A DNA stretch of 64,000 bases from Nannocystales bacterium (GCA_050633305.1 JBOEGF010000024.1:64001-128000), one strand, 5' to 3'. Numbered from the stretch's first letter, positions 40,317 to 49,968 are shown. Notes: a model not told the origin generated them from the sequence alone. A program made the numbers and translations.

Positions 40317-42704
40317 TTGATCGTGCGTAGCCCCACTCTTGTCCGTGCTCTCTTGTCGCTGCTGGCGGCCAGCTGTGTTTCCTGCAAGACCGACGGTCCA
40401 GCTGCGACGGTGTCGGCCGGGAGCTCCGAAGCGGCGGAAACCGTCGCCGCCGAATCGAATGACGAGCGGGCCGGGGATATCTCGCCGGGGAGCGCCGGTC
40501 CCATCGCCCAGCCGGATCGCTCGTTGTGGTTTGCAGACGGACTGGGCCGCGACGCAATTCTGGCCCGGGAGCGTCGGGACCACGCCGAAGCGGTGCGCTT
40601 GCTCGATGCGCTCCTGGCGACCGAGTTGAGCCAAGCGCAGCGGGCCGGAGCGTTGTGGCTGCGCGGCCTCGAAGATGTCTCGGCGGAGCGCTACGCCGCT
40701 GCGGCAGACCGGTTCTCCGAAGCTGCGAAGGCGCCTGAGCTCGCGTTGGTGCGGGCACGGTTGGTCCGGCTGGAGGCGCAGGCTCGGCTGGACGCGGGAC
40801 AGCCGGACGCCGCGCTCGAGCGCATCCGGTCGGTCGACGCCAAGCAGCGGAAGAACTCCGGGTTGGGTGAGGCGTTCGCCGTGCTCGAGGCCGATGCGCT
40901 GCTTCGGACCAAGGCGCGCGGTGATGCCCGAGTGGCGTACGAGCGGTACTTGTCCGACTTTCCCAAGGGCAGCCATCGCGTGGGCGTGAGCATCAAGCTC
41001 GCGCGCATGTTGGCGGCGGAGGAGGAGGACCGCAAAGCCCAAGCCAAGGCGGTTGGGTTGTTCGAGACCTTGCTGCTCGAGGCGCCGCTTTCCGACTACG
41101 GTAAAGAAGCCGAGCTGGCTCTGCCGGGGTTGCGCCGCAGCGTGGGGCAGACCCGGTCCGCCGCAGACCGGGCCACGTTCGAGCGTAAGCTGGCGTTGGC
41201 CCGCATGGACGCGATGCTCGCGGGGCGCCGATACAAAGGGGCGACCAAAGCCGCGGACGCGTTGTTGCGCAAAGGTGCCGACCAGCCCACGCGCTGTCGA
41301 GCGCTTTATGTGAAAGGCTCGGCGATCTTCAAACAGCGTCGTCGTGCTGATGCCCGACCGGTGTTCGACAAGGCGGCCGCAGCTTGCAAGAAGGCCAAAG
41401 GCGTCACCACGTACGAAGTGAAGTCCCGGTACCAGGGCAGCCGTGGTCTATACGCCGCCGGGAAGTACGAAAAGGCCGCGCTGGCCTTCTCGTCGTTGGC
41501 CAAGGAGCACGCCAAGAACTCCTACGCGGACGATGCCTGGGTGCTCGCAGGAGAGTCCTGGTCCGAGCACGGGGACGATGCAAAGGCGACGGCTGCGTTC
41601 GAGGCCGCCGTGGGGGTCGATGGCGACATGAAGGACGAGGCGCGACGGCGTCTGCTCGTCCTTGCGTTTTCGTCCGGCAACGCTGCCCGGGCGCTCGCGC
41701 TGTGCGACTCCGCGCTCGGGGAACACATCCCGCGCCCCGCCACCAAGGCGAAGCTCCACTACTTTCGCGGCCGAGCGCTCGCGGACCTCGGCAAGCCAGG
41801 GGACGCCGCGTCTGCATGGGTGGATGCCGTCGAAGCCGACCCGCTGGGGTACTCGGCCGCCCAGGCGATGTCTCGCCTGCACGCGGCGGGTCCAGAGTCG
41901 TTTGAGCGGGGACTCGCCGTGCTACAGCGCGAGAGTCCGAAGGCCGATGTCTCCACGTCATCCGAGGGCACGGAGCGGGCTGTCCTGCTCGCGCGGCTCG
42001 GACTCGGAGACGATGCGCGTGAGGAACTCTCTCGGGCGGGGGTGCGTGGATGGCCAGCCATCGCGGTCCTCAACCAGGCCGGTCTGTACGCCGAAGCCCA
42101 GCGCACACTCGCGAACCTGGGGACGACGTGGCGTCGGACTCCTCCGGGCGGTGAGAATCTTCCGGTCTGGAAGCTTGCGCACCCGCAGCCGTTCGCCGAT
42201 CTGATCGACGGGTACGAGCAGAGCCACGATGTGCCCGACCTCCTCGCCTTTGCGGTGATGCAGACCGAGAGTCGGTTCAACCCCGGCGCGACGTCATGGG
42301 CTGGCGCTCGGGGTCTCATTCAGCTGATGCCCGCGACGGCGCAGGGCGTCGCGAAGAAAGCCGGGATGAAGGTCAGCAAGGAAGACCTCTACGATCCCGC
42401 GACGAACCTCAACCTCGGCATGCGCTACCTGTCCGGGTTGGTCGGCCGCTACGGCGGAGGGCCGGGCGCAGTCGCGCTCGCAATCCCCAGCTACAATGCG
42501 GGGGCGGGAGCGGTCGACAAGTGGCTTGCGAAGCGCGGCAGTTGGGACCTCGATCTGTTCATCGAGGCGATTCCGTACGACGAGACCCGCAAGTACACCC
42601 AGTCGGTGTTCGGCCGCTGGTGGGCGTATCGTTGGATCTACGGTGAGGGCAGTCCTGCGGACCGCGTCCCACTGCTCCCGGTCTCGACGCCAAAGAAGGC
42701 TTGA
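40317..42704 (+). CDS. TPR-containing soluble lytic transglycosylase (Slt-like), probable lipoprotein
   Basis: AVMQTESRFNP (catalytic Glu), GARGLIQLMP, SYNAG, ETRKY. Confidence 0.9.
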   Translation: MIVRSPTLVRALLSLLAASCVSCKTDGPAATVSAGSSEAAETVAAESNDERAGDISPGSAGPIAQPDRSLWFADGLGRDAILARERRDHAEAVRLLDALLATELSQAQRAGALWLRGLEDVSAERYAAAADRFSEAAKAPELALVRARLVRLEAQARLDAGQPDAALERIRSVDAKQRKNSGLGEAFAVLEADALLRTKARGDARVAYERYLSDFPKGSHRVGVSIKLARMLAAEEEDRKAQAKAVGLFETLLLEAPLSDYGKEAELALPGLRRSVGQTRSAADRATFERKLALARMDAMLAGRRYKGATKAADALLRKGADQPTRCRALYVKGSAIFKQRRRADARPVFDKAAAACKKAKGVTTYEVKSRYQGSRGLYAAGKYEKAALAFSSLAKEHAKNSYADDAWVLAGESWSEHGDDAKATAAFEAAVGVDGDMKDEARRRLLVLAFSSGNAARALALCDSALGEHIPRPATKAKLHYFRGRALADLGKPGDAASAWVDAVEADPLGYSAAQAMSRLHAAGPESFERGLAVLQRESPKADVSTSSEGTERAVLLARLGLGDDAREELSRAGVRGWPAIAVLNQAGLYAEAQRTLANLGTTWRRTPPGGENLPVWKLAHPQPFADLIDGYEQSHDVPDLLAFAVMQTESRFNPGATSWAGARGLIQLMPATAQGVAKKAGMKVSKEDLYDPATNLNLGMRYLSGLVGRYGGGPGAVALAIPSYNAGAGAVDKWLAKRGSWDLDLFIEAIPYDETRKYTQSVFGRWWAYRWIYGEGSPADRVPLLPVSTPKKA

Positions 42705-42877
42705 AGTCACCGCATGTGCTCCGCGAGGGCAGGGATGTGACTGCGGTCGGCGAGTGCAGGCGCTCCCTACTCCGGGAGCTGTTCGTCGGCGCCGACGTCC
42801 GGCGCCCCGTCTCGTGAGCGTTCTTGGCGCGCTCACGAACCCCGGCGTGTGGAGGTGCGACCTCCATCCGAGCGCGC

Positions 42878-44365
42878 TCAGTGACGCTTGTGGAACTTGC
42901 GCTTGCCGCCGTAGCCACCGCGGTTGGGTCCGCGACGGTTGAAGCGACGGCCGCTATTCCGCCCGTCGTCTTCGCGGGCGGGCTCGGCCTCGATGACCCG
43001 GGCGGACATCGGCTCCAGCGGAAGACGAGGCTCGGCCATCTGCAGCAACGTCGCCACGAGCAGCGCGGGGTCACGCTTCTCGAGGATGCTCGCCGCATAC
43101 GCCATCGTCTTCTCATCGGGCTGCGCCGCGTTGTCCATGCGGGCGTGCAAGTCGCGACGGACGTTTTTCGTGATCGTCTTTCGGACCTTACCGGGCGTGG
43201 GGACCGGCTCCCAGCTCGCCTCGACCTTGGCGGAGCGGAGCAGGTGCCGGACGAAATGCTGGGCGCGTGGGGGGACGAGCAGCAGGCTGCGGCCCTGGCG
43301 ACCGGCACGACCGGTACGACCCGAGCGGTGGGTGTAGTCGTCCGGGTCTTGAGGCGGGGTCATGTGAACGACCAAGCCGATGTCGGGCACATCGATGCCA
43401 CGCGCGGCAACGTCGGTGCTGACCAACACCTGGATGGTGCCGTTGCGGAACGCGCTGAGCGTTCGGGTGCGTTGTGCCTGACTCAGGTCGCCGGAGAACG
43501 GGAGCGCGGCAAATCCGTCCTGGCTGAGCTTCTCGGCCAGCTCGGAGGCGCCGATCCGCTTGTTCACGAACACCAGCACTTGCTCGCCGAGCGTCAGCAG
43601 AAGCGCGTTGACCAAGGCCTCGTAGCGCTGGTCGTAGTCGACGAGCTGAACCACGTGCGCGATGTCGACGTTGGCCTGTCCAAGCTGGGTGCCTTCGAGG
43701 TGGAGCGCGTCTTTTTGGAATTTGTTGGCGATGCCCTTGACCGCGCCTGCGAACGTTGCGGACACGAGGTGGCTCCGGCGCTCCTCCGGGACGGCCTCGA
43801 TGATCGCTTCGAGGTCCTCGCGAAAGCCCATGTCGAGCATTCGGTCGGCCTCATCGAGCGCGACGGTGTGCACTTCTTTGCAGGAGACGGCCTCGCTGCG
43901 GATGTGGTCGAGCATGCGGCCGGGCGTGCCCACCAGGATCGTCGGCGGGCGACGAAGCATCCGGAGGTCGGCTCGCATGTCGGTGCCTCCGACGACGTAC
44001 TCGACACGAAGCCCTTCGATCTCGGCCAGCAGCCAGGTGAGCTCTTCAGCGACCTGGGTGGCGAGCTCGCGCGTGGGCGCGATGATCAGCGCGCGCGGAC
44101 CGTCGATGTTCCGCGGCAACGGCGGTCCCTCGAGGAACGTGCGACCGAGCACGAGACCCAGGGCGACGGTTTTTCCCGAGCCGGTCTGCGAGGAGATTCG
44201 CAAGTCCTTCTCCGTGGATGGCTCGTTCAAGACGGCGAGCTGAACCGCGGTGAGCGTGGTGAACCCGCGGCGCTGGAGCGCTGTGCGGAGTTGTGGCGGC
44301 ACCCCCTCGAACGGATCGGTCTTGGGTTCGGGGGCGTCGACTTCGTGCTCGGGGGCGGACATCAC
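42878..44365 (-). CDS. DEAD-box RNA helicase
   Basis: QTGSGKT, APTRELA, GTPGR, DEAD, SAT, STDVAARGID, HRSGRTGRAG; basic C-tail. Confidence 0.95.
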   Translation of the reverse strand: MMSAPEHEVDAPEPKTDPFEGVPPQLRTALQRRGFTTLTAVQLAVLNEPSTEKDLRISSQTGSGKTVALGLVLGRTFLEGPPLPRNIDGPRALIIAPTRELATQVAEELTWLLAEIEGLRVEYVVGGTDMRADLRMLRRPPTILVGTPGRMLDHIRSEAVSCKEVHTVALDEADRMLDMGFREDLEAIIEAVPEERRSHLVSATFAGAVKGIANKFQKDALHLEGTQLGQANVDIAHVVQLVDYDQRYEALVNALLLTLGEQVLVFVNKRIGASELAEKLSQDGFAALPFSGDLSQAQRTRTLSAFRNGTIQVLVSTDVAARGIDVPDIGLVVHMTPPQDPDDYTHRSGRTGRAGRQGRSLLLVPPRAQHFVRHLLRSAKVEASWEPVPTPGKVRKTITKNVRRDLHARMDNAAQPDEKTMAYAASILEKRDPALLVATLLQMAEPRLPLEPMSARVIEAEPAREDDGRNSGRRFNRRGPNRGGYGGKRKFHKRH

Positions 44366-44507
44366 AAGTTCCGGAGGGCCGGGGAAGAGCCCCGTCTAAC
44401 ACCGTTTGCACGCGATTGCTCCCTCATGGTCGCGCGTTGCATCACGCGGGGACTCCCGAGCTGGTGCGCTCGAAGCGAACCAACAGCTCGGCGGGCTCCA
44501 CGGTGGT

Positions 44508-45836
44508 TCACGGGGTTGGCTCGAACACGCTCGTCCCAGGACCCATGCGTTGCTGCAGACGGGAGACTCGGGGCTCGTCCACGTGCACGGGGCCTTCTGC
44601 CTCGCGTCGGCCCGTATCGACCCACTCGCGCACGATGCGGTACAGGCCGTGGTCGAACGGGATGCCCGGTGCGGCCGCGACGGGCTCGATGCGTTCCCGT
44701 TGCCCTTGTCGCTCCATTTCGAGCGCTCGATGGTGGCAAAACGGGTTGTTTCCAGGGCGGCCCATCAAGGGCTCGGATGTCGCGGTGCACCCGCCTCGGC
44801 ACGTGTCGGCGTAGTAACACTGGGCACAGTAGCCCCACAGTTCGGCCGTGCTTCGCTCGCGGATGTACGCCAGCTCGGCGGAGCGAGCCCACAGCTCGCG
44901 GAGGGAGTGTTCGCGGATGTTGCCTCCGACATTCTCGGGCCCTCCGAGGCTGGGGCAGCCCTTGATGTCGCCGTGCGACTCGATCCCGATCTGTGCGCGC
45001 CCCGCTGCGCACCCTTTGTAGTGACGCTTCTGCAGCGAGCGGAGTTCGGCTTCGAGGGGCCCGAAGTACCCGAGGTTGTTGCCTGGCCAGATCTTGATGC
45101 CGCGCTCTCGGGCCCGCGCGAGGAGCGGTCGCAACACCTCGAATACCTCCAGCATCATGTACGGCTGCAGCAGAATCTCGGGGTGGTCGGCCGCGTTGCC
45201 GAACGGCGATGTGATCTGTAGTTGCCATCCGAAGGCCCCCGCGTCGCCGATGCGCTCGAGGAGCGTCGGGAGGTCGTACAGCGTGCGTCGGTTGATCTGC
45301 GTGTTCACGCCCACCGGAATCCCGGCCGCGCGTAGACGCCCGATGGCCTCGAACGCCTTGTCGTGGCTGCCCGGGATGCCCCTCAATTCATCATGGGCCT
45401 CGGCCAACCCGTCGACCGAGATCGACACGGTGCGAATCCCGGCCTCACGAAGCGCCCCGACTCGCGCTTGCGTCAGGTTGAGGCCGCCGGTCGTCATCGT
45501 GACGGACATGCCACGCGCACGGATCTCGTTGACGATCAGGACGAAGTCGTTGCGCAGATAGGCTTCGCCACCGACCAGGGTGACCTCGCCGACGCCCATG
45601 TCCGCGAGCTGCCCCACGAGGTCCAGGCACTCGTCCGTCGTCAGCTCGTCCTTTCTCGCCTTTCCGGCTCGAGACCCGCAGTGGATGCAGCGCTGGTCGC
45701 AAGCCAACGTAATCTCCCAGACGGCGTAGCGCGGGGTCGGGACTTCGCCCGCAGGCGTGTCTCGCAGCCGCCGTTGGTCGGGCGTTGGCAGATCTTGAAG
45801 CACCCGTAGGCGCCGTCTGGCGTCCTCGAGGCGCAC
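44508..45836 (-). CDS. Radical SAM/SPASM maturase, PlpX/splicease-like (copy 1)
   Basis: GTG 1 nt after upstream stop; AVWEITLACDQRCIHCG (Cx3Cx2C), GGEAYLR, SPASM CAAG..GIES.GDIKGCPSL..CAQCYYADTCRGGC..GNNPFCHHRAL..RERI..PFDHG. Confidence 0.88.
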   Translation of the reverse strand: MRLEDARRRLRVLQDLPTPDQRRLRDTPAGEVPTPRYAVWEITLACDQRCIHCGSRAGKARKDELTTDECLDLVGQLADMGVGEVTLVGGEAYLRNDFVLIVNEIRARGMSVTMTTGGLNLTQARVGALREAGIRTVSISVDGLAEAHDELRGIPGSHDKAFEAIGRLRAAGIPVGVNTQINRRTLYDLPTLLERIGDAGAFGWQLQITSPFGNAADHPEILLQPYMMLEVFEVLRPLLARARERGIKIWPGNNLGYFGPLEAELRSLQKRHYKGCAAGRAQIGIESHGDIKGCPSLGGPENVGGNIREHSLRELWARSAELAYIRERSTAELWGYCAQCYYADTCRGGCTATSEPLMGRPGNNPFCHHRALEMERQGQRERIEPVAAAPGIPFDHGLYRIVREWVDTGRREAEGPVHVDEPRVSRLQQRMGPGTSVFEPTP

Positions 45837-45837
45837 G

Positions 45838-46665
45838 TCAGGCCGGGGTGCAGACGTCGGAATCCAGGGCCTTGTCGGCGACGGGCTCGCACGCCTCGTC
45901 CTTCGCACAACTGGCGACCTCGGGGTCGCAGGTTTCGAAGCACAGGGGGAGCGCGCCCTCGAACTGCACCACACATGTCCCTTCGAGGCATACCGGGGCG
46001 TCCTCCGAGTTGCTGCACATCTCGACGCAGACGCCCTCCGTGGTCTTGGCATCCACGTAGAAACACATGGCTCCGAGCACACAGGTATCGATACCTGTCG
46101 TGCCGCTTCCTTCGACGGTGCATGGCTCGCCCGGGCCGACTGGAGCTGGGTCGATCGGCGTACATCGGCTGGCGTTCCAGACCTCCCCGCCGTCGTTCGC
46201 CCAGGGCATGCATTTCTCTCCCTTGGCGCAGTCCTGCATGAACACGTCGCACTCGTAGGAGAGGTCTCCAACATCTGTCGGACACCCGCCGTAAAAGCCT
46301 CCGCAAGAGTCGAAGGTGTCGTCGTCGAGCGTGGTGCTGTCGCCGCCGGTCGTCGTGTCCCCGATGTCCGTTCCGCCCGACGTGGTCGCAGCTGGATCGG
46401 TCGTGGTCGTCCCCGGCGGGGGGAGTGTCGTCGCGACGCTGGGATCGCCGGAGCTCGAGCTGGTCGAGCTCGGTGAAGACTCATCGGTCGTATCTCCCGC
46501 GTCCGACACCGCCGGTCCACATGCGCTGAGAACGGCACCGACCGCGATGACCATGACGGCGACCGGAATCCGCTGGGGAGGCGTCGAGCGAAGCGGCGAC
46601 GAGCAAAACGGACAAGCCGGTTCCGCGTCGAGAACATGACGTGTGCAAGACGGGCAGGGCAGCAT
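45838..46665 (-). CDS. Candidate precursor lipoprotein 1: Zn-ribbon leader, lipobox, S/T-rich stalk, CGGFYGGC motif, Cys-rich C-terminal domain
   Basis: MLPCPSC..CPFC; VGAVLSAC; S/T/G/D linker; DSCGGFYGGCP; CDVFMQDCAKGEKCMPWANDGG Cys-rich module. Confidence 0.8.
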   Translation of the reverse strand: MLPCPSCTRHVLDAEPACPFCSSPLRSTPPQRIPVAVMVIAVGAVLSACGPAVSDAGDTTDESSPSSTSSSSGDPSVATTLPPPGTTTTDPAATTSGGTDIGDTTTGGDSTTLDDDTFDSCGGFYGGCPTDVGDLSYECDVFMQDCAKGEKCMPWANDGGEVWNASRCTPIDPAPVGPGEPCTVEGSGTTGIDTCVLGAMCFYVDAKTTEGVCVEMCSNSEDAPVCLEGTCVVQFEGALPLCFETCDPEVASCAKDEACEPVADKALDSDVCTPA

Positions 46666-46705
46666 TGGAGTACGATAGCTTTGTTGGAGTTCGTTTTGGT
46701 AGAAA

Positions 46706-47260
46706 TTATTCGATACCCGGGACCTCGACATCTGGGAGGACGACGGCCTCTCCCCCGACCACCACATCCGGCCCCAAAATGGCCACGACCAGCTGACCGC
46801 TGGCGCAAACCTCTCCCGTTTCGTCGGTGATCGTGGCTTCCCAGCGGCCCCGGTTCCTGTGGGCTTCCGCCGCTGGCGTGGCTTCGGCGCGAAGTCTTGC
46901 TCCCAGCCGGGTGGCCCGATGGAACCGGGTCGTGTTCTCCAGTCCTACGGCGTTGTGACCCCGCGCGAGCTCTGCGAACGCAGCTCCGACCGAGCACACC
47001 GACTCGAGCATCGCCGCATAGACGCCGCCATGCGTTAGTGCGTAGGGCTGCAGGTGATTCTCCGTGACCACGAGTGTCGCGACGACCCGCTCGTCCTCGA
47101 CCGCTTCGTAGTGGATTCCCAAGTGCAGATCGAGCCCAGTCCGATTGGCGTCAACCAGCGTGGCACGCTGATCGGAAGGGAGCGAAGAGAGGAGCTTGGC
47201 CAACGCGGCCGCCGAGGGAGGCCCGCCGCCGAGTCTACTCTGAACCGCGGGTCCTTCCAC
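46706..47260 (-). CDS. PaaI family thioesterase
   Basis: HLQPYALTHGGVYAAMLESVCSVGA..AVGLENTTRF hot-dog fold motif. Confidence 0.85.
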   Translation of the reverse strand: MEGPAVQSRLGGGPPSAAALAKLLSSLPSDQRATLVDANRTGLDLHLGIHYEAVEDERVVATLVVTENHLQPYALTHGGVYAAMLESVCSVGAAFAELARGHNAVGLENTTRFHRATRLGARLRAEATPAAEAHRNRGRWEATITDETGEVCASGQLVVAILGPDVVVGGEAVVLPDVEVPGIE

Positions 47261-47311
47261 TCGCGAGGCTTCGACGAGGCTCCCTACCCAGAAACGCGAT
47301 AGGGTTCGCGG

Positions 47312-47848
47312 ATGTTCTACTGGGTGGTGATCGCGACCTCGATCTGGATGGCGGTCGACGCGTCGAAGATCGGATACGACAAACGCGACATCAAAGGACT
47401 CGCCGCGATCGGCCCCGCAGGCTGGCTCTTCGCCGGGTTATTGCTGTGGATCGTCACGTTTCCGCTGTATCTCATCAAGCGCCCGGAGCTGAAGGCCGCC
47501 GCAGAGAGAAAACGGCAGATGCTCGCGTATGGGCACGGCGCGCCGGGACAGCTGATGGGTCAAGGGTACCCGCCAGCGCAAGGGTACCCGCCAGCGCAGG
47601 GGTACCCGCCGGCGCAGGGGTACCCACCAGCGCAGGGATACCCACCAGCGCAGGGATACCCACTAGCGCAGGGATACCCGCCGATGCCGCCGCAGCAGCC
47701 CTACGGACAGCCGAACGGGGGCCCGCCGTCGCAGCCTTCGCCGGACGTCGAGTTGGGGTTGCGGAAGCTTGAAGAGTTGCGGACCTCCGGGCTCCTCTCC
47801 GAAGCGGAGTTCCAGCAGCAACGGGCGCAGCTGCTGGCTCAGGTCTGA
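47312..47848 (+). CDS. Membrane protein with QGYPPA repeats and SHOCT-like C-terminus
   Basis: Two TMs (..LLWIVTFPLYLIKR); C-terminal LRKLEELRTSGLLSEAEFQQQRAQLL. Confidence 0.8.
   Translation: MFYWVVIATSIWMAVDASKIGYDKRDIKGLAAIGPAGWLFAGLLLWIVTFPLYLIKRPELKAAAERKRQMLAYGHGAPGQLMGQGYPPAQGYPPAQGYPPAQGYPPAQGYPPAQGYPLAQGYPPMPPQQPYGQPNGGPPSQPSPDVELGLRKLEELRTSGLLSEAEFQQQRAQLLAQV
47561..47686 (+). repeat. Seven 18-bp coding tandem repeats (QGYPPA)
   Basis: cagggRtacccRccRgcg-type units: QGYPPA x5, QGYPLA, QGYPPM. Confidence 0.9.
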
Positions 47849-48090
47849 GCAGGCGCAGGTCTGCGAGGGCGCTTCTCGGACGGCGAATACAGATCACTCC
47901 GATCGACCGCGCGAGGCGTCCAAGTGCGCCATACCTGTGCACACCGACGATCCGGGGCAGACCCCGCGGCTCGCGGGTGCCATCAGCTCGGCCGATTCGG
48001 ACGTTGTGGGGCGCGGCTTGGCGGCGCGAGCGAGGGAAGGGCGTGGTTTCTCGGAACGTTTTTGAGCCGCGGCAAGACTACCAGCGCAGC

Positions 48091-49266
48091 ATGCGTATTG
48101 CCCCTTCCCCCCGTCGTCTTCTTCTCTGCGGTTTGCCGCTCGTCGCCGCGTCCTTCACGGCGTGCGCTGCCTCCTCGGACGGTGCGCCCGACCGCGTGTC
48201 GTGGCGCTCGGCGTGCGGGCCTGCGTCGCGCCAACTGACCAACGGCGATGACGCTCCGCCGCCCACCATGCCGTGGTTCGATCTGGAGTGTGATCACGAA
48301 GCGGGAGAGGTTCTCGTCGGCGTCGTGAGTTTCGACTACGGCTGGGATTCGTTGGACACCGTCGCGGCGGTCTGCGAGGCCGAGGACGGCTCGCAGCGAC
48401 AGGTCGGCAACCTGGCCGATCAGCTCAATGTCGCGGGGTCCGGCGAGCAGGTCACGTGTCCCGCCGGTCAAACTGTCGTCGAGTTGGTCTATCGAGATGC
48501 CTACTTCCCAGGCATTCCGCTCGGGACCACGGATGCAGTGGGCATCGTGTGTAGCGGCGATGCGACTCCGATCCTACCGCCCGACTTGGCGTCCAACCCT
48601 CTTGCGGACCGCATCGTGGGCTGTGATGCCGGGCAGATCGCGGTGGGCGTGTCGTACGGGGATGGCGTGCGGCACCCTGTGAGCAACGCGCACTACAGCG
48701 ATCTGACCGATGCGGTCACGCTGCTGTGCGCCGACGACTGCGGCGAATGTGAACCCACGGTAGAGCTACAGCCATACCCTGACGATTTCGTGCTGGGCAG
48801 CGCCGAGCATATCGAGGTCGAACTCCTGTGCGACGACGACGAGACGATGACCGGGCTCATGTATCGCGACTACTGGTGGGACGGGATGGACAGCGCGGCC
48901 GTGCAGTGCTCCAACGCCGAAGGAGAGGTTCGCCTCGTCGCCAACCAAGCGGATCTCGTCAACTCGCTGGGCCCCGAAGAATGGGTGTCCTGCCCTGCGC
49001 CTGAAACGGTCATCGGCATCGCGTACAAGGACATCCCCTACTGGGCTGGCGTCCCGGTCGACAAGACCGATGGGGTCACCGTCGTCTGCAGCGGCGGCTC
49101 CATCGGCAAGGTCGAGGACCTCGCCAGCAACGACGAGCACCCGTTTCGCACCGTAGCGTGCCCAGCCGGGACCGAGCCGGCGGGGATTCAGTACGCGGAC
49201 ACCTGGGTCGGCTACAGCGACCTGACCGATGGGGTGACCGTAGCGTGCCGTGTGCCTTGCGACTGA
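48091..49266 (+). CDS. Secreted/lipoprotein with six Cys-bounded repeats (tandem beta-prism-like domains)
   Basis: Signal/lipobox FTAC; six units of C-x(4-6)-[EQ]-xx-VG..Y/F.D...D.V..C. Confidence 0.65.
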   Translation: MRIAPSPRRLLLCGLPLVAASFTACAASSDGAPDRVSWRSACGPASRQLTNGDDAPPPTMPWFDLECDHEAGEVLVGVVSFDYGWDSLDTVAAVCEAEDGSQRQVGNLADQLNVAGSGEQVTCPAGQTVVELVYRDAYFPGIPLGTTDAVGIVCSGDATPILPPDLASNPLADRIVGCDAGQIAVGVSYGDGVRHPVSNAHYSDLTDAVTLLCADDCGECEPTVELQPYPDDFVLGSAEHIEVELLCDDDETMTGLMYRDYWWDGMDSAAVQCSNAEGEVRLVANQADLVNSLGPEEWVSCPAPETVIGIAYKDIPYWAGVPVDKTDGVTVVCSGGSIGKVEDLASNDEHPFRTVACPAGTEPAGIQYADTWVGYSDLTDGVTVACRVPCD

Positions 49267-49443
49267 GCTGAGTGCACCGGGCGCGAGGGCGGAGCGCCAA
49301 GACCGAGATCGCGGCACACCTCCGCCGGATGCGACGCCGCAAACTCAAATGGGGTGCCTTCGTAGGGCTTGAATGAAGACACTGTGGACCTCGGGTCGCG
49401 AGCATCTCTCGAGCGGGCGTGGCGTTCGAGCTGTAAGCACCCC

Positions 49444-49968
49444 TCAGGCGCCTTCCTCACGCTTGCTTTGTGCCGCGAAGTTCCACGCACGGGGGAGCGC
49501 GTGTCCACAGAGGTCGCACTCGAACCATCCGTCCTTCACGAGGTTTCGCTCACCGCAGTTGGGGCACAGGCGGAACGTGTACGCTTGCGTGAGCGCCTCA
49601 GGGCAGGGGATCCCGAGCGCGACGAAGGCCTCGTGGGCGGCCTCCCAGCACCCGGGGTCGGGGCAATAGCCCGTGGACTGGTTCGAGACGCCGATGATCG
49701 CGAGGTCGGGTTGGCGTGCGAGCATCAGCTCTCCTGCTGCGAGCACGGGGCCGCCGCGGGCACAGGCCACATGCTCGGACCGTTGCGGCGCAATCCGAAG
49801 TGTCCCGTCCTCAACGACGACGAACGTCACCGTCAGCACCTCGCCCTCCCACTCGTCTTGTTCGCCGGCCCACGCGAGCAACACGTCCGCTCGGGTGACC
49901 GACACGCCCGAGTCGTCTCCTGCGACCGCCGCCTTGATCTTCGCCGGTCCAACATACTGATAGAGCAT
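49444..49968 (-). CDS. Hypothetical protein with C-terminal zinc ribbon
   Basis: YQYVGP, RSEHVACARG..VLAAGE, SNQSTGYCPD, CPNC..CDLC..LPRAWNF. Confidence 0.7.
   Translation of the reverse strand: MLYQYVGPAKIKAAVAGDDSGVSVTRADVLLAWAGEQDEWEGEVLTVTFVVVEDGTLRIAPQRSEHVACARGGPVLAAGELMLARQPDLAIIGVSNQSTGYCPDPGCWEAAHEAFVALGIPCPEALTQAYTFRLCPNCGERNLVKDGWFECDLCGHALPRAWNFAAQSKREEGA

Noticed and set aside
45837..46997. 829-aa version of rSAM-1 with a long N-terminal extension (likewise the 573-aa version of rSAM-2)
   Set aside because: The extensions are Arg/Pro-rich off-frame readings of the precursor genes; both enzymes align from starts adjacent to the precursor stops.
46706..47260. PaaI thioesterase as part of the rSAM-1 cassette
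   Set aside because: Co-oriented and 40 bp upstream, but separated by an AT-rich promoter-like stretch, absent from cassette 2, and with no evident role.
47561..47686. QGYPPA repeats as splicease cores
   Set aside because: The order is Gly-Tyr-Pro rather than Tyr-Gly, there is no Zn-ribbon leader, the gene is on the opposite strand, and a similar tract occurs in an unrelated SPFH protein.
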